The translations under genes were made by a program, and so were the position numbers. Source: an uncultured Actinomycetota bacterium (GTDB lineage Bacteria; Actinomycetota; Actinomycetes; S36-B12). Taken from it: a DNA stretch of 64,000 nucleotides. The stretch covers positions 908,195-972,194 of the forward strand of contig CAVVOF010000003.1 in NCBI GenBank assembly GCA_963749905.1, in the 5' to 3' direction. The notes below the pieces were generated by a model. That model saw only the letters and a list, made by a program, of their open reading frames with translations. It was not told the origin of the DNA and did no database searches. This document shows positions 1 to 11,761 of the stretch, piece by piece; the first letter of the stretch is position 1; each line of letters begins with the position of its first letter.

Positions 1-234
1 ATGTCGATGTCCCCGTCGAGGTCGGCGATGTCCAGCAGGCCTTCGAGGTAGTCCGCGGCCACGTCGCCCTCGCGCTCGAGGAGCTGGGCTCCCGTCAGCC
101 GGGCCTCCGCGGGCTCGTCGGCCTGCGTCGGCTCGTGCGGTCTGCGCGGACTCGTCGGTCTGCGCGGACTCGTCGGACTCAGTCAGCTCGTCGGTCTCAG
201 TGGCGTCGACGGTTGCGGTTGCTTCCTCGGTCAT
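1..234 (-). CDS. jag: Jag/KhpB-like protein, N-terminal part only (runs off the left edge); apparent frame break near 136-140
   Basis: ATG at 234..232 gives acidic MTEEATATVDATETDELTESDESAQTDESAQT. The conserved Jag N-motif PHEPTQADEPAEARLTGAQLLEREGDVAADYLEGLLDIADLDGDID is read in a different frame (234-8 is not a multiple of 3). Position directly downstream of yidC. Confidence 0.55.
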   Translation of the reverse strand, partial: MTEEATATVDATETDELTESDESAQTDESAQTARADAGRRARGGPADGSPAPRARGRRGRGLPRRPAGHRRPRRGHRH

Positions 235-279
235 GATCTCTCCACACGGTTGTCGTACAGGTCGGGGTGCGCCGGGGCG

Positions 280-1257
280 CTACTTCTTCTTGCGCTGACT
301 GCGCGAAGTGCGCTTCGGCTGCTGGCGGGTGGGGTTTTCCGACACAGTGTCGGTAACTTCCCCTTCAATGGTCTCCACGGGCGGGGCGGTGCCCTTGCGG
401 GCCGCCTTGTGCTCCTGGCGTCGCTCCTTCGCCTCGAAGGCGGGCGTGCCGGGCTGGGGATTGTTCCGAATGACCCAGAACTGCTGACCCATCGACCACA
501 GGTTCGTGGTGAACCAGTAGATCAGCACGCCGACCGGGAAATTGATGCCGGAGACGGCGAAGATGATCGGGAACACGTACAGCAGGATCTTCTGCTGGCG
601 CACCATCGGGTTGTTGGGTGCGCTGTTCTTGATGATCAGCTGGCGCTGCGTGATGAACGAGGTCGCCGTCATCAGTGCGATGAGGATGACGGTCAGAATG
701 CGAGTGGCAGTGGGGCTCGGCGTCTGGTCCGCGTCCATGAAGGTCGCGTAGAGCGGCACCCCGAAGATCTGCGCGTCGTGCATGGACTCCGCGAGTCCTT
801 CGTACTGGGGCCAGCTGAAGACACCGGGCGCGACGTAGCCGGGGTCGTCCGCCGGGTTCTCCGGGTACATGGCCACGCCCTGCAGCACGCTGAACAGGGC
901 GAAGAAGATGGGCGCCTGCAACAGGATCGGCAGGCAGGAGGCCAGCGGGTTGGTACCGGTCTCCCGGTACAGCTTCATCATCTCCTGGGACTGGCGTTCC
1001 TTGTCCCCGGCGTACTTCTTCTGGATCTCCTTCATCTGCGGCTGGATCAGCTGCAGATTGCGTTGCGCCTTGATCTGCTTGACGAACAGCGGGATCAGCA
1101 GGATGCGGATGACGATGACCAGGCCGACGATGGACAAGGTCCACGCCCACCCGCTGTCGGGGTCCATGCCCAGGACGCCGGTGAAGAAGGCGTGGAACTG
1201 GACGAGAATCCAGCTGACCGCGTTCTTCAGCCATACGAACAGAAAAAAGTCGCCCAC
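280..1257 (-). CDS. yidC: Membrane protein insertase YidC
   Basis: 325-aa ORF with LLIPLFVKQIKAQRNLQLIQPQMKEIQKKYAGDKERQSQEMMKLYRETGTNPLASCLPILLQAPIFFALF. Conserved rpmH-rnpA-yidD-yidC order. Confidence 0.92.
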   Translation of the reverse strand: MGDFFLFVWLKNAVSWILVQFHAFFTGVLGMDPDSGWAWTLSIVGLVIVIRILLIPLFVKQIKAQRNLQLIQPQMKEIQKKYAGDKERQSQEMMKLYRETGTNPLASCLPILLQAPIFFALFSVLQGVAMYPENPADDPGYVAPGVFSWPQYEGLAESMHDAQIFGVPLYATFMDADQTPSPTATRILTVILIALMTATSFITQRQLIIKNSAPNNPMVRQQKILLYVFPIIFAVSGINFPVGVLIYWFTTNLWSMGQQFWVIRNNPQPGTPAFEAKERRQEHKAARKGTAPPVETIEGEVTDTVSENPTRQQPKRTSRSQRKKK

Positions 1258-1268
1258 AGCGCCCTTCC

Positions 1269-1619
1269 TTATGAATCCGCCGACACGCGGATGCCCATGC
1301 TCCCATGCCGGGGTTCACCGTTGGGCAGCACGTCCGGCAACCAGTGTCCCCTGCGCGGGACCGGGTCCACGCCGCCCTTGTTCCACGGATTGCAGCGCAG
1401 CACCCGCCAGCTGCCGAGCAGGAACCCCTTGATCGGTCCGTGCCGCTTGATCGCCTTCACCGCGTACGTCGAACAGCACGGGTGGAAGCGGCAGGACGGT
1501 GGGGTCATTGGCGAGATCGCCACCTGATAGCCGCGGATCGGCAGGATCAGCACCCACGTCAGCAGCCAGCCGATTGAGTGGTCCCAGAGCCACCGCACGC
1601 GCACCCACAGCCCGCTCAT
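1269..1619 (-). CDS. yidD: Membrane protein insertion efficiency factor YidD
   Basis: ORF contains [49 protein letters not shown]. Overlaps rnpA stop by 4 nt. Exact start uncertain. Confidence 0.85.
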   Translation of the reverse strand: MSGLWVRVRWLWDHSIGWLLTWVLILPIRGYQVAISPMTPPSCRFHPCCSTYAVKAIKRHGPIKGFLLGSWRVLRCNPWNKGGVDPVPRRGHWLPDVLPNGEPRHGSMGIRVSADS

Positions 1620-1966
1620 CGAGCCGGCTCCCTGAGCCGTCCCAGGGCCCCCGACACGGCCGCCTGCACGTGCCCGGGCAGGCCGGGATCCTCGGGTGAA
1701 CCGGGGAGTGCTCGCAGGACTATCCGCGTGCCCGGGGGGCAGGTCGCCAGCAGTGGCCGGACGGCGGCTCGGAGCCGTCGAGCCGCGCGATGACGCGCCA
1801 CCGAGTTGCCGACAGCCTTGCTCACGATCAGCCCGACCCGTGCGGGCGCGTCAGACGAGGTGCGATCGGCGTAGGCGACGACCGAGCCGCGGGCGCACTT
1901 GGCCCCGAGCCGGGTGGTTGCCGTGAAGTCGGCAGCGAGCCGCATCCGGTGCGCGGCGGGCAGCAT
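1616..1966 (-). CDS. rnpA: RNase P protein component
   Basis: 116-aa basic ORF ([29 protein letters not shown]) immediately downstream of rpmH. Confidence 0.85.
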   Translation of the reverse strand: MLPAAHRMRLAADFTATTRLGAKCARGSVVAYADRTSSDAPARVGLIVSKAVGNSVARHRAARRLRAAVRPLLATCPPGTRIVLRALPGSPEDPGLPGHVQAAVSGALGRLREPAR

Positions 1967-1973
1967 GTCGCCG

Positions 1974-2108
1974 TCAGGCGGAGAGGCGCTCGCGGCCCTT
2001 GGTGCGGCGGGCGGCGAGGATGGAGCGACCGGCGCGGGTGCGCATGCGGGCCCGGAAGCCGTGGGTCTTCGCCCGACGGCGGGTGTTGGGCTGGAACGTG
2101 CGCTTCAT
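1974..2108 (-). CDS. rpmH: 50S ribosomal protein L34
   Basis: Hand translation [44 protein letters not shown] (44 aa). Below the ORF-track length cutoff. Confidence 0.93.
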   Translation of the reverse strand: MKRTFQPNTRRRAKTHGFRARMRTRAGRSILAARRTKGRERLSA

Positions 2109-2278
2109 GGTGGGGCTCCTGGACGCGTGCGTGCGGGGAAGGTCGATCCGCCACTAGACGGACGCCCAAGACTACGGAACGGTCCCGAGCACGGTCAAAT
2201 GGGGTCCCCGGGCCCGCTGTGGGCCGGCACTTGTCGGCCACCGCCGTTCTGGCTATCGTCCTAGGCCCGCTCCACATC

Positions 2279-2299
2279 TGTGGATAATCATGTGGACAG
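2279..2299. promoter_or_regulatory. Two DnaA-box-like 9-mers in the dnaA upstream region
   Basis: TGTGGATAA (2279..2287) and TGTGGACAG (2291..2299), 24-44 nt upstream of the dnaA GTG. Both are near-matches to the complement of the actinobacterial box TTGTCCACA. Confidence 0.55.
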
Positions 2300-2322
2300 C
2301 CTGCGAATGACGAGGGGAAGCC

Positions 2323-3759
2323 GTGGACGCGACGGAGGATCTGACCGAGGTCTGGGCCACCGCCCTCGGGAGTCTCGGCGACGGCAACCTCACCCCTCAG
2401 CAGCGGGCCTTCGTCAACCTCACCCGTCCGATGGGCCTGGTCGAGGACACCGCCCTCATCGCCGCCCCCAATGAGTTCACCAAGGACGTCCTCGAGACGC
2501 GCCTGCGGCCCATGGTCGTCCACGCCCTGTCTCAGACCCTCGGGCGGGAGATCCGTCTCGCCGTCACCGTCGATCCCTCCATCGACCCGGGCATCGAGGA
2601 GGCGACCGACGAGGTGGCCGATGCCACGTATGCGCCGCCCCGTACGGCGCCGGTACCGGTCCAGGAGCGGCGAGAGGAAGCACAACGCCCGGGCGCCGGA
2701 TCGCCCGGCACCCGTAGCGAGGACGGGCGGCTGAACGACAAGTACACGTTCGACACCTTCGTCATCGGATCGAGCAACCGCTTCGCCCATGCCGCGGCGG
2801 TCGCTGTGGCCGAGCAGCCCGCCCGCGCCTACAACCCGCTGTTCATCTACGGGGGCTCGGGGCTCGGCAAGACCCACCTGCTGCACGCGATCGGCCACTA
2901 CACCCGCACCCTGTACAGCGGCACTCGCGTTCGCTACGTCAGTTCCGAGGAGTTCACCAACGAGTTCATCAACTCCATTCGCGATGACAAGGCAGCCAGC
3001 TTCCAGCGGCGGTACCGCGATGTCGACGTCCTGCTGGTCGACGACATCCAGTTCCTCAGTGGCAAGGTCCAGACCCAGGAGGAGTTCTTCCACACGTTCA
3101 ACACGCTGCACAACGCGAACAAGCAGATCGTCGTGACGTCCGACCTGCCGCCGAAGCAGCTGCCCGACTTCGAGGACCGGATGCGCTCCCGCTTCGAATG
3201 GGGTCTGATCACCGATGTCCAGCCACCTGATCTCGAGACCCGCATCGCCATCCTGCGCAAGAAGTCCATTCAGGAACGCTTGCAGGCCCCGCCCGAAGTG
3301 CTCGAGTTCATCGCCTCGAAGATCTCCAGCAATATCCGCGAGCTCGAGGGCGCACTCATTCGGGTGACCGCGTTCGCCTCGCTGAACCGGCAACCCGTCG
3401 ACCTCGCCATCACCGAGGTCGTCCTCAAGGACCTGCTCCCGTCCGAGACCGGTCCGGAGATCACCGCAGGTCAGATCATGGCCGCCACCGCCCAGTACTT
3501 CGGCGTCACCGTCGACGACCTGTGCGGGTCGAGCCGATCCAGGGTCCTCGTCACGGCCCGGCAGATCGCCATGTACCTGTGCCGTGAGCTCACCGACCTG
3601 TCCCTACCGAAGATCGGCCAGGCCTTCGGTGGCCGCGACCACACCACCGTCATGCATGCGGACCGCAAGATCCGGCAATTGATGGCAGAGCGACGCAGCC
3701 TCTACAACCAGGTGACCGACCTGACCAGCCGCATCAAGTCGCAGCCACGCCCCATGTGA
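2323..3759 (+). CDS. dnaA: Chromosomal replication initiator DnaA
   Basis: 478-aa ORF with [21 protein letters not shown] (Walker A), [12 protein letters not shown], and C-terminal DNA-binding region [17 protein letters not shown]. Confidence 0.97.
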   Translation: MDATEDLTEVWATALGSLGDGNLTPQQRAFVNLTRPMGLVEDTALIAAPNEFTKDVLETRLRPMVVHALSQTLGREIRLAVTVDPSIDPGIEEATDEVADATYAPPRTAPVPVQERREEAQRPGAGSPGTRSEDGRLNDKYTFDTFVIGSSNRFAHAAAVAVAEQPARAYNPLFIYGGSGLGKTHLLHAIGHYTRTLYSGTRVRYVSSEEFTNEFINSIRDDKAASFQRRYRDVDVLLVDDIQFLSGKVQTQEEFFHTFNTLHNANKQIVVTSDLPPKQLPDFEDRMRSRFEWGLITDVQPPDLETRIAILRKKSIQERLQAPPEVLEFIASKISSNIRELEGALIRVTAFASLNRQPVDLAITEVVLKDLLPSETGPEITAGQIMAATAQYFGVTVDDLCGSSRSRVLVTARQIAMYLCRELTDLSLPKIGQAFGGRDHTTVMHADRKIRQLMAERRSLYNQVTDLTSRIKSQPRPM

Positions 3760-4240
3760 CTCGTACATCCCTACTGTCACACCTGGCACTGGTATCCATC
3801 TTTCCCCAACGTGTCCCCAGACTGTGGATAACTCTGCCTCAGGCGTCGACACCCACCCGCGGGCTCCGGTATCCCCACTGGTGCACATCCTGTGGACAAC
3901 TCCATCGACGGTCCCCCAGCTGTCCACAGCACCACGAGCGTCACTGGGGACGCCGGCCGTCGTTTCGCCCTCTGAACGGCTGCCGTCCACCGCTGTCCCC
4001 AGCCAATCGGCCGTTGTCCACAGCTTCACTCGTCCACGACACGCGTGCTGACCAGCCGAAACGCGGATCATCCACGGTGTCCACACCACCTATGACGATG
4101 ACGACATCTAGTCTCTAGGGAAGTCATTCCCCAGACTCAGGTGCACGGGGCGTGGATAACTCCGGTGCAGAACGGCACCTGCCTGCGCAGTACGCCCCAC
4201 TTGCTGTAAGACTGACGCCTTCGGCGGACTGGAGGACACG
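3760..4240. other. oriC (dnaA-dnaN spacer with DnaA-box cluster)
   Basis: 481-nt non-coding spacer. Boxes: TGTGGATAA 3823, TGTGGACAA 3891, cTGTCCACA 3920, TTGTCCACA 4014 (perfect), gTGTCCACA 4077, cGTGGATAA 4151. A somewhat AT-richer stretch lies around 4105-4135. Confidence 0.8.
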
Positions 4241-5365
4241 GTGAAGATAAGGGTCGAGCGTGACGTGCTCGCGGAGGCGGTCGCGTGGGCGGCCCGGACT
4301 CTGCCGTCCCGTCCCTCCCTTCCGGTGCTGGCCGGGCTGGTCCTCACGGCGGACGCCGACCAGTTGACGCTGAGCAGCTTCGACTACGAGGTGTCCGGGC
4401 GAGTGGACGTCGATGCGGACGTCACCGATCCGGGCACGGTCCTGGTCTCCGGTCGGCTGCTGGCCGACATCGCCCGCTCGCTTCCCGGTGCTCCGGTCAT
4501 GCTGGAGAGTGAGGGCACCCGGCTGGCCATCACCTGCGGGCGTTCGTCCTTCACGCTGCCGACCCTTCCCGTTGAGGACTACCCGCAGCTGCCGGTGATG
4601 CCGACGACATCGGGCACGGTCGGTGGATCCGCCTTCGCGGCCGCGGTTGCCCAGGTGGCGATCGCCGCCGGCCGCGATGACACCCTCCCGACGCTGACCG
4701 GCATCCGCATGGAGTTCGAGGGCAGCAATGTCACGCTCGCGGCGACCGATCGCTACCGCCTCGCGGTCCGGGAGTTCACCTGGCAGCCCGAGTCAACGAC
4801 GATGTCCGCACATGCCCTGGTGCCGGCTCGAACCCTTGCGGATACAGCGAAATCCCTGTCCGACGTGGAGAACATCATCATCGCGCTCGCGTCCGGCGGT
4901 GCCGGGGAGGGCCTGATCGGATTCGAGGGACACGGCCGTCGCACTACGACCCGGCTGCTGGACGGCGAGTTCCCCAAGTACCGATCGCTGCTCCCTTCCG
5001 AGTCGTCCGCGACGGCGAACGTCGAGACCTCAGCTCTCGCGGATGCGGTCAAGCGGGTGGCTCTCGTCGCCGAGCGCAACACCCCGGTACGCATGCACTT
5101 CGAGGGATCGGAACTGACCCTGACCGCAGGCGCGGGTGACGACGCCCAGGCCCTCGAGGTCATCGAGGTGGCCCTGGACGGCGACGCGATCGACATCGCC
5201 TTCAACCCGGCCTACCTGCTCGATGGTCTCTCGGCCACCGGGGCCGACGAGGTCCGGTTCTCCTTCACCCAGTCGACGCGTCCGGCGGTGATCACGGCGG
5301 CCGGCGAGTCCGCGTCGGGAGACGACTACCGCTACCTGCTGATGCCGGTACGCCTCACCGGCTGA
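4241..5365 (+). CDS. dnaN: DNA polymerase III beta sliding clamp
   Basis: GTG start preceded by GGAGGA. Translation MKIRVERDVLAEAVAWAARTLPSRPSLPVLAGLVLTAD...LLMPVRL. Confidence 0.95.
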   Translation: MKIRVERDVLAEAVAWAARTLPSRPSLPVLAGLVLTADADQLTLSSFDYEVSGRVDVDADVTDPGTVLVSGRLLADIARSLPGAPVMLESEGTRLAITCGRSSFTLPTLPVEDYPQLPVMPTTSGTVGGSAFAAAVAQVAIAAGRDDTLPTLTGIRMEFEGSNVTLAATDRYRLAVREFTWQPESTTMSAHALVPARTLADTAKSLSDVENIIIALASGGAGEGLIGFEGHGRRTTTRLLDGEFPKYRSLLPSESSATANVETSALADAVKRVALVAERNTPVRMHFEGSELTLTAGAGDDAQALEVIEVALDGDAIDIAFNPAYLLDGLSATGADEVRFSFTQSTRPAVITAAGESASGDDYRYLLMPVRLTG

Positions 5366-5369
5366 CGCC

Positions 5370-6515
5370 GTGTGGGTCTCCGCCCTCCGTCTCACGGACT
5401 TCCGCTCGTACGAGCAGGCTGAGCTCAGCCTTCAGGAAGGGGCCTCGACATTCGTCGGACCCAATGGTCAGGGCAAGACCAACGTCGTCGAGGCGATTGC
5501 CTACGCGGCCGTCCTTGGCAGCCATCGCGTCGCCAGTGACGCGCCGCTCGTGCGCGTGGGCGCGGAACGGGCCGTCGTTGCGGTCGAGATCGTGCGTGAC
5601 GATCGACGCGCCTTGGTTGAGATCGAGATCAATCCGGGACGGAGCAACCGCGCGCGGATCAACCGCAGTCCCGCGACCCGGGCCCGTGATGTCCTCGGCA
5701 TTCTGCGGGCCGTGGTCTTCGCCCCTGAGGATCTGGCACTGGTCAAGGGCGATCCCTCCGAGCGTCGGCGTTTCCTCGACGAACTCATCGTGCAGAGATC
5801 GCCCCGACTACAGGGCGTGCGCTCCGACTACGACCGAATCCTCAAGCAGCGCAACGCATTATTGAAGTCGGCTGCCTCTGCGCGACGCGCGGATCCGGCC
5901 GAGGTGATCCGCACGCTGGAAGTGTGGGACGAGCAGCTCGCGACGGTCGGTGGAGAGCTGGTGGCGGCGCGAGTGGCCGCACTGGACGACCTCACCCCGT
6001 GGCTGGCCGACGCCTACGCCGTCATCGCCGGCGGCGGAGATGCCGTCAGTGCCGCTGAGGCCCAGGGCAGGTATGTGAGCGGCTCGGGAGCCGCGGACGA
6101 TCTCGGGTCGGACCGAGAGGCGTGGCGCACGAGCCTGCTGTCCGCGATCGAGAGCCGCCGCAAGGAGGAACTCGATCGAGGGATCACCCTGGTCGGACCA
6201 CATCGCGACGACCTCGAGCTGCGGATCGGGCCGCATCCGGCGAAGGGATACGCCTCGCACGGCGAGTCATGGTCGCTGGCTCTCGCCTTGCGACTGGCCT
6301 CCATGGACGTGCTCCGATCAGACGGCGACGATCCGATCCTCATCCTGGACGACGTGTTCGCCGAGCTGGACTCCCTTCGTCGTACGCGGCTGAGCGAGAG
6401 AGTGCGCTCGTGCACTCAGGTCCTGCTGACGGCGGCAGTGTTGGAAGACATCCCCGACGCCTTGCAGGGCCGGCGCTTCAGCGTCAGCCGAGGCTTGGTG
6501 ACGCCGGATGACTGA
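5370..6515 (+). CDS. recF: DNA replication/repair protein RecF
   Basis: LRLTDFRSYEQAELSL..FVGPNGQGKTNVVEAI (Walker A), and C-terminal ILILDDVFAELD. Confidence 0.95.
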   Translation: MWVSALRLTDFRSYEQAELSLQEGASTFVGPNGQGKTNVVEAIAYAAVLGSHRVASDAPLVRVGAERAVVAVEIVRDDRRALVEIEINPGRSNRARINRSPATRARDVLGILRAVVFAPEDLALVKGDPSERRRFLDELIVQRSPRLQGVRSDYDRILKQRNALLKSAASARRADPAEVIRTLEVWDEQLATVGGELVAARVAALDDLTPWLADAYAVIAGGGDAVSAAEAQGRYVSGSGAADDLGSDREAWRTSLLSAIESRRKEELDRGITLVGPHRDDLELRIGPHPAKGYASHGESWSLALALRLASMDVLRSDGDDPILILDDVFAELDSLRRTRLSERVRSCTQVLLTAAVLEDIPDALQGRRFSVSRGLVTPDD

Positions 6516-7032
6516 ATCCCACCAGCAGGACGGCACCCCCGAGCCGACCGCCGAGCCTCCCCAGCCACCAGCGCCTGATGCGGCCTCGACCGAGGCCGCC
6601 GGGGAGGCGCTTCGTCGGGCGACCGGCTCTACCCGACCGGCCAAGCGCCGCCGGCGCACGTCCCCGCCGCAGGCCAGCTCCGATCCGGAGCTGCTCGGCA
6701 GTGCCGTGGACCGGCTCATCCGCGATCAGGGGTGGTCCGATCGGTCGTCTGTCGCCGTGCTGATGGCGCAGTGGGCCGAGATCGTCGGCGCCGATCTAGC
6801 CGCCCACGTCGTGCCGACGAGCTTCGGTGACGGCGAACTGGTCCTGCAGGCCGAGTCCACCACGTGGGCCACGCAGGTCCGGCTGCTCCGCCCCCAGCTC
6901 CAGCGGGCGATCGACGAGCGGGTCGGCGGAGGCGTGGTGACCTCCATCTCCATCGTGGGGCCGGCTGGGCCCACCTGGCGCTCGGGAAGCCGCCGGGTCA
7001 AGGGTCGAGGGCCGCGCGACACGTACGGCTAG
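6508..7032 (+). CDS. DUF721 / DciA-like protein
   Basis: Pro/Ala-rich N-terminus then [43 protein letters not shown]. Conserved slot between recF and gyrB. Overlaps recF by 8 nt. Confidence 0.75.
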   Translation: MTESHQQDGTPEPTAEPPQPPAPDAASTEAAGEALRRATGSTRPAKRRRRTSPPQASSDPELLGSAVDRLIRDQGWSDRSSVAVLMAQWAEIVGADLAAHVVPTSFGDGELVLQAESTTWATQVRLLRPQLQRAIDERVGGGVVTSISIVGPAGPTWRSGSRRVKGRGPRDTYG

Positions 7033-7225
7033 GCGGACCCTGAGGGCCTCGAGGGGCCATTGCCGACCCATGTCCATACGGCTACCCACACCCTGGGGGG
7101 TCAGCGGCCGAAAAGGGCCCGCATGGACGTGCCGGAGCCGGTCCTGTCAGCGGGAACCGGTAGACTGGAACTCACTTCCGGACCGCGCGCTCAGGTCTGG
7201 CATACCCACAGGAGGCCCGACCGCC

Positions 7226-9187
7226 GTGTCCTATGACGCCAGCGCGATCACCGTTCTCGAGGGTCTGGATGCCGTCCGCAAGCGTCCCGGCATGTACATC
7301 GGCTCCACGGGTGAGCGGGGCCTTCACCATCTGGTGTACGAGGTTGTGGACAACTCGGTCGACGAGGCGTTGGCGGGCTATGCCTCGACGATCTCGGTGA
7401 CCCTGCTCGCCGACGGTGGCGTCCGGGTCATCGACGACGGCCGCGGCATCCCGGTCGACGAGCATCCGATCGAGAAGAAGCCCGCGGTCGAGGTGGTGCT
7501 GACCGTGCTGCACGCCGGCGGGAAGTTCGGTGGCAGCGGCTACTCCGTCTCGGGCGGCCTGCACGGCGTGGGGGTGTCCGTCGTCAACGCGCTGTCGACC
7601 CGGCTCGACGTGGAGGTGCGCAGGGAGGGGCATGTCTGGCGGCAGTCCTACCTGCACGGCGTGCCGACCGCGCCGCTGGCGAAGGGCGAGACCACCACGA
7701 CCACCGGTACGACCGTGACCTTCTGGGCGGACGACCAGATCTTCGAGACCACGCACTACGACTTCACCACGTTGTCGCGGCGCTTCCAGGAGATGGCGTT
7801 CCTCAACAAGGGCCTCGTCCTGGAGTTGGTCGATGAGCGCACCCCCATCGTCTCCGACGAGCCCGATGCCGAAGATGTCGAGCAGGTCCGACGTGTCAGC
7901 TACCACTACGAGGGCGGGATCGCCGACTTCGTGAGGCACATCAACGCGAGCAAGGGCATCGCCAATCCCAGCGTCATCGATCTCGAGAACGAGTCCGACG
8001 ACAAGCGGATGAGCGCGGAGATCGCCATGCAGTGGAACAACTCCTACGCCGAGTCGGTCTACACGTTCGCGAACACCATCAACACGACCGAGGGCGGTAC
8101 CCACGAGGAGGGCTTCCGCTCGGCGCTGACCACGCTGATGAACAAGTTCGCCCGTGAGTGGAACATCCTGAAGGAGAAGGACCCCAACCTCAGCGGCGAG
8201 GACATCCGCGAAGGGCTGACCGCGATCGTCAGCGTGAAGCTCGCGGAACCGCAGTTCGAGGGCCAGACGAAGGGCAAGCTCGGGAACACCGAGATGAAGG
8301 CCTTCGTGCAGAAGGTCGTCAACGATCAGCTCGGCGAGTGGCTGGAGAAGAACCCGGCCGAGGGCAAGGAGATCGCCCGCAAGTCCGTCAATGCGGCCAC
8401 CGCTCGGATCGCCGCCCGCAAGGCCCGCGACCTGGCGCGCAATCGCAAGGGACTGCTGGGCGGGGCGGGTATGCCCGGAAAGCTCATCGACTGCTCGAGC
8501 CGAGAGCCCGAGGAGTGCGAGGTCTTCATCGTCGAGGGTGACTCCGCAGGGGGGTCGGCACGACAGGGCCGCGATCCGCGCACCCAGGCGATCCTGCCGA
8601 TCCGCGGCAAGATCATCAACGTCGAGAAGGCCCGGATCGACAAGGTGTTGCAGAACACCGAGGTGCAGGCGCTCATCTCGGCCTTCGGAACCGGCATCCA
8701 GGACGAGTTCGACATCAACCGCCTGCGCTACCACAAGGTCGTGCTGATGGCCGACGCTGACGTCGACGGCCAGCACATCCGCACGCTCCTGCTCACCCTG
8801 CTGTTCCGCTTCATGCGCCCCCTCGTCGAGCAGGGCCACGTGTTCCTCGCCCAGCCTCCGCTGTACAAGATCAAGTGGTCCCGCGAGACGGCCGACTTCG
8901 CGTACACCGAGCGCGAGCGCGAGGCGCTGATGGAGGCCGGCCTGGCCGCCGGCCGCAAGCTTCCGAAGGAGGAGGCGATCCAGCGGTACAAGGGCCTCGG
9001 CGAGATGAATGCGGACGAGCTGTGGGAGACCACGATGGACCCGGCCCGTCGCGTGCTGCTCCAGGTGACCATCGACGACGCGGCTCAGGCAGACGAGATG
9101 TTCAGCGTGCTCATGGGCGAGGACGTGGAATCCCGCCGCAACTTCATCCAGCAGAACGCACGCGACGTGCGTTTCCTGGACATCTAG
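7226..9187 (+). CDS. gyrB: DNA gyrase subunit B
   Basis: GTG at 7226 is 10 nt after GGAGG and in frame with the 7070 [51 protein letters not shown]. Toprim [14 protein letters not shown]. Confidence 0.95.
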   Translation: MSYDASAITVLEGLDAVRKRPGMYIGSTGERGLHHLVYEVVDNSVDEALAGYASTISVTLLADGGVRVIDDGRGIPVDEHPIEKKPAVEVVLTVLHAGGKFGGSGYSVSGGLHGVGVSVVNALSTRLDVEVRREGHVWRQSYLHGVPTAPLAKGETTTTTGTTVTFWADDQIFETTHYDFTTLSRRFQEMAFLNKGLVLELVDERTPIVSDEPDAEDVEQVRRVSYHYEGGIADFVRHINASKGIANPSVIDLENESDDKRMSAEIAMQWNNSYAESVYTFANTINTTEGGTHEEGFRSALTTLMNKFAREWNILKEKDPNLSGEDIREGLTAIVSVKLAEPQFEGQTKGKLGNTEMKAFVQKVVNDQLGEWLEKNPAEGKEIARKSVNAATARIAARKARDLARNRKGLLGGAGMPGKLIDCSSREPEECEVFIVEGDSAGGSARQGRDPRTQAILPIRGKIINVEKARIDKVLQNTEVQALISAFGTGIQDEFDINRLRYHKVVLMADADVDGQHIRTLLLTLLFRFMRPLVEQGHVFLAQPPLYKIKWSRETADFAYTEREREALMEAGLAAGRKLPKEEAIQRYKGLGEMNADELWETTMDPARRVLLQVTIDDAAQADEMFSVLMGEDVESRRNFIQQNARDVRFLDI

Positions 9188-9223
9188 CCACCGACGAACG
9201 ACTGTCCCACCGAGGAGTGCTTC

Positions 9224-11761
9224 GTGCCTGACGACATCGAGACCGAAGTGGCCGTCGACCACGGCCCGCATGGTCGGATCGACCCGGTCGACCTGCAGAC
9301 CGAGATGCAGCGGTCCTACCTGGACTACTCCATGTCGGTCATCGTCTCCCGTGCCCTGCCGGATGTCCGCGACGGCATGAAGCCGGTGCACCGCCGCGTC
9401 ATCTACGCGATGTACGACGGCGGCTACCGGCCGGATCGCAACTTCTCCAAGAGCGCGCGCGTGGTGGGCGACGTCATGGGCAACTACCACCCGCACGGCG
9501 ACAGCGCGATCTATGACGCCCTGGTCCGGCTCGCCCAGCCGTGGTCGCTTCGCTACCCGCTGGTGCAGGGCCAGGGCAACTTCGGATCGCCGGGCAACGA
9601 CCCGCCCGCCGCCCAGCGATACACGGAGTGCCGGATGGCTCCGCTCGCCATGGAGATGGTGCGCGACATCGACGAGGAGACCGTCGACTTCGGCCCCAAC
9701 TACGACGGCCGCACGCAGGAACCGCGCGTGCTGCCGAGCAGGTTCCCGAACCTGCTGGTCAACGGCAGCTCGGGCATCGCCGTCGGCATGGCGACCAACA
9801 TCCCTCCGCACAACCTGCGCGAGGTGTCGTCCGCAGCACTCTGGCTGCTGGAGAACCCGGAGGCGTCCCGCGAGGAGCGCCAGGCCGCGCTGATGGAACG
9901 GGTCAAGGGGCCGGACTTCCCGACCGGCGCCTTGATCGTCGGCCGCCGCGGGATCGAGGACGCGTACCGCACCGGCCGCGGCTCGATCACGATGCGGGCC
10001 GTCGTCGAAGTCGACGAGGACGCGCGCGGGCGCCAGGTCCTCGTCGTCACCCAACTGCCGTACCAGGTGAACCCCGACAACCTGCTGCTGCGCATCGCAG
10101 AACTAGTGGGAGACGGCAAGCTCACCGGCATCGCCGACGTCCGCGACGACTCGTCGTCGCGAACCGGCATGCGGCTGATCATCGAGCTCAAGCGTGATGC
10201 GGTCGCCCAGGTCGTGCTGAACAACCTGTTCAAGCACACCCAGTTGCAGGACACCTTCGGCGCCAACATGCTCGCACTGGTCGACGGCGTGCCGCGCACG
10301 CTGACGCTCGAGCAGTTCGTCCGGTACTGGGTGGCCCATCAGATCGAGGTCATCCAGCGGCGCACCCGGTACCGCTTGCGGAAGGCGGAGGAGCGCGCGC
10401 ACATCCTGCGCGGCTACCTCAAGGCGCTCGATGCGCTCGACGACGTCATCGCGCTCATCCGGGCATCCGCGACCGTCGACGACGCCCGCGTGGGATTGAT
10501 GGAGCTCCTCGAGATCGACGAGCTGCAGGCCACCGCCATCCTCGACATGCAGCTTCGGCGACTTGCCGCCCTGGAGCGACAGAAGATCATCGACGAGTAC
10601 GAAGACCTGATGACTCGGATCGCGGACTACAACGACATCCTCTCCAGCGAGTCGCGGCAGCGATCCATCGTCGCCACGGAGCTGACCGAGATCACCGACA
10701 AGTACGGCGACGAACGACGCACGGACTTCGTGGCGTGGGACGGCGACGTCACGGATGAGGACCTGATCGCGGTCGAGGACGTCGTCGTCACCATCACCTC
10801 GGGCGGCTACGTCAAGCGGACGAAGACCGACCTGTACCGAGAGCAGCGACGAGGCGGCAAGGGCGTGCGTGGGGCCTCCCTGCGGCAGGACGACGTCGTC
10901 GACCACATGTTCGTCACGACCACCCATCACTGGATCCTGTTCTTCACGGACCGCGGCCGGGTCTATCGAGCGAAGGCCTACCAGCTGCCCGACACCGGTC
11001 GCGACGGCAAGGGCCAGCACGTGGCGAACCTGCTGGCCTTCCAGCCGGACGAGTCCATCGCTCAGGTACTGGCCATCCCCGACTACCAGGCGTCCGAGCA
11101 TCTGGTGCTCGCCACTCGTCGCGGCATGGTGAAGAAGACGCGACTCTCGGAGTACGACTCGGTCCGGCAGGGCGGGATCATCGCGATCAACCTGTCGGAC
11201 GATGACGAGCTCATCTCGGCCCGGCTGGTCTCCGGTGCCGACGAACTGCTCCTGGTCTCCCGCAAGGGCATGTCCGCCCGGTTCTCGGCCGACGACGACA
11301 CCTTGCGACCCATGGGTCGCGCGACCGGTGGCGTGATCGGCATGCGGTTCCGTGAAGGGGATGCTCTGCTGGCGATGGATGTGGCGCGCGCCGACACGTT
11401 CGTGGTGACCATCACCGACGGCGGCTATGCCAAGCGCACGTCGATCGTGGAGTGGGCGACCAAGGGGCGCGGCATCCTTGGTGTACGTGCGATGAAGCTG
11501 GTCGAGGAGCGCGGCTCGTTGGTCGGCGCGATGGTGTGCGAGGAGAGCGACCAGATCTACGCCATCGCCTCCAACGGGATCGTCATTCGCACTCGTGTCG
11601 GTGAGATCCGACCCTCAGGGCGTGACACCATGGGCGTCACGCTGATGAATCTCGCCGAGGGCGACACGGTGGTGGCCGTGGCCCGAAGCGGTGACGTGGA
11701 CGAGGACGAGCTGGACGGCCCGCCCGAGGGCGACGCCGACCAGGGTGAGGCGGTCGAGTGA
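9224..11761 (+). CDS. gyrA: DNA gyrase subunit A
   Basis: 845-aa ORF with [21 protein letters not shown] and [23 protein letters not shown] (QRDR region). Active-site segment AQRYTECRM. Confidence 0.97.
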   Translation: MPDDIETEVAVDHGPHGRIDPVDLQTEMQRSYLDYSMSVIVSRALPDVRDGMKPVHRRVIYAMYDGGYRPDRNFSKSARVVGDVMGNYHPHGDSAIYDALVRLAQPWSLRYPLVQGQGNFGSPGNDPPAAQRYTECRMAPLAMEMVRDIDEETVDFGPNYDGRTQEPRVLPSRFPNLLVNGSSGIAVGMATNIPPHNLREVSSAALWLLENPEASREERQAALMERVKGPDFPTGALIVGRRGIEDAYRTGRGSITMRAVVEVDEDARGRQVLVVTQLPYQVNPDNLLLRIAELVGDGKLTGIADVRDDSSSRTGMRLIIELKRDAVAQVVLNNLFKHTQLQDTFGANMLALVDGVPRTLTLEQFVRYWVAHQIEVIQRRTRYRLRKAEERAHILRGYLKALDALDDVIALIRASATVDDARVGLMELLEIDELQATAILDMQLRRLAALERQKIIDEYEDLMTRIADYNDILSSESRQRSIVATELTEITDKYGDERRTDFVAWDGDVTDEDLIAVEDVVVTITSGGYVKRTKTDLYREQRRGGKGVRGASLRQDDVVDHMFVTTTHHWILFFTDRGRVYRAKAYQLPDTGRDGKGQHVANLLAFQPDESIAQVLAIPDYQASEHLVLATRRGMVKKTRLSEYDSVRQGGIIAINLSDDDELISARLVSGADELLLVSRKGMSARFSADDDTLRPMGRATGGVIGMRFREGDALLAMDVARADTFVVTITDGGYAKRTSIVEWATKGRGILGVRAMKLVEERGSLVGAMVCEESDQIYAIASNGIVIRTRVGEIRPSGRDTMGVTLMNLAEGDTVVAVARSGDVDEDELDGPPEGDADQGEAVE

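Noticed and set aside
7070-7225. 52-codon N-terminal extension of gyrB from the ATG at 7070.
   Set aside because: The extension ([23 protein letters not shown]...) is not GyrB-like. GTG 7226 has a GGAGG 10 nt upstream and starts exactly at the conserved [13 protein letters not shown].
7172-10054. 960-aa ORF antisense to gyrB-gyrA. Similar long antisense ORFs lie at 1828..3393 (opposite dnaA), 22305..24368 (opposite pstP, fhaB and fhaA), 36021..37901 and 40593..42494.
   Set aside because: Their translations are Arg/Gly/Pro/Asp-rich with no motifs, and they lie opposite strongly supported genes. Stop-free antisense frames are the expected shadow of high GC3 coding sequence.
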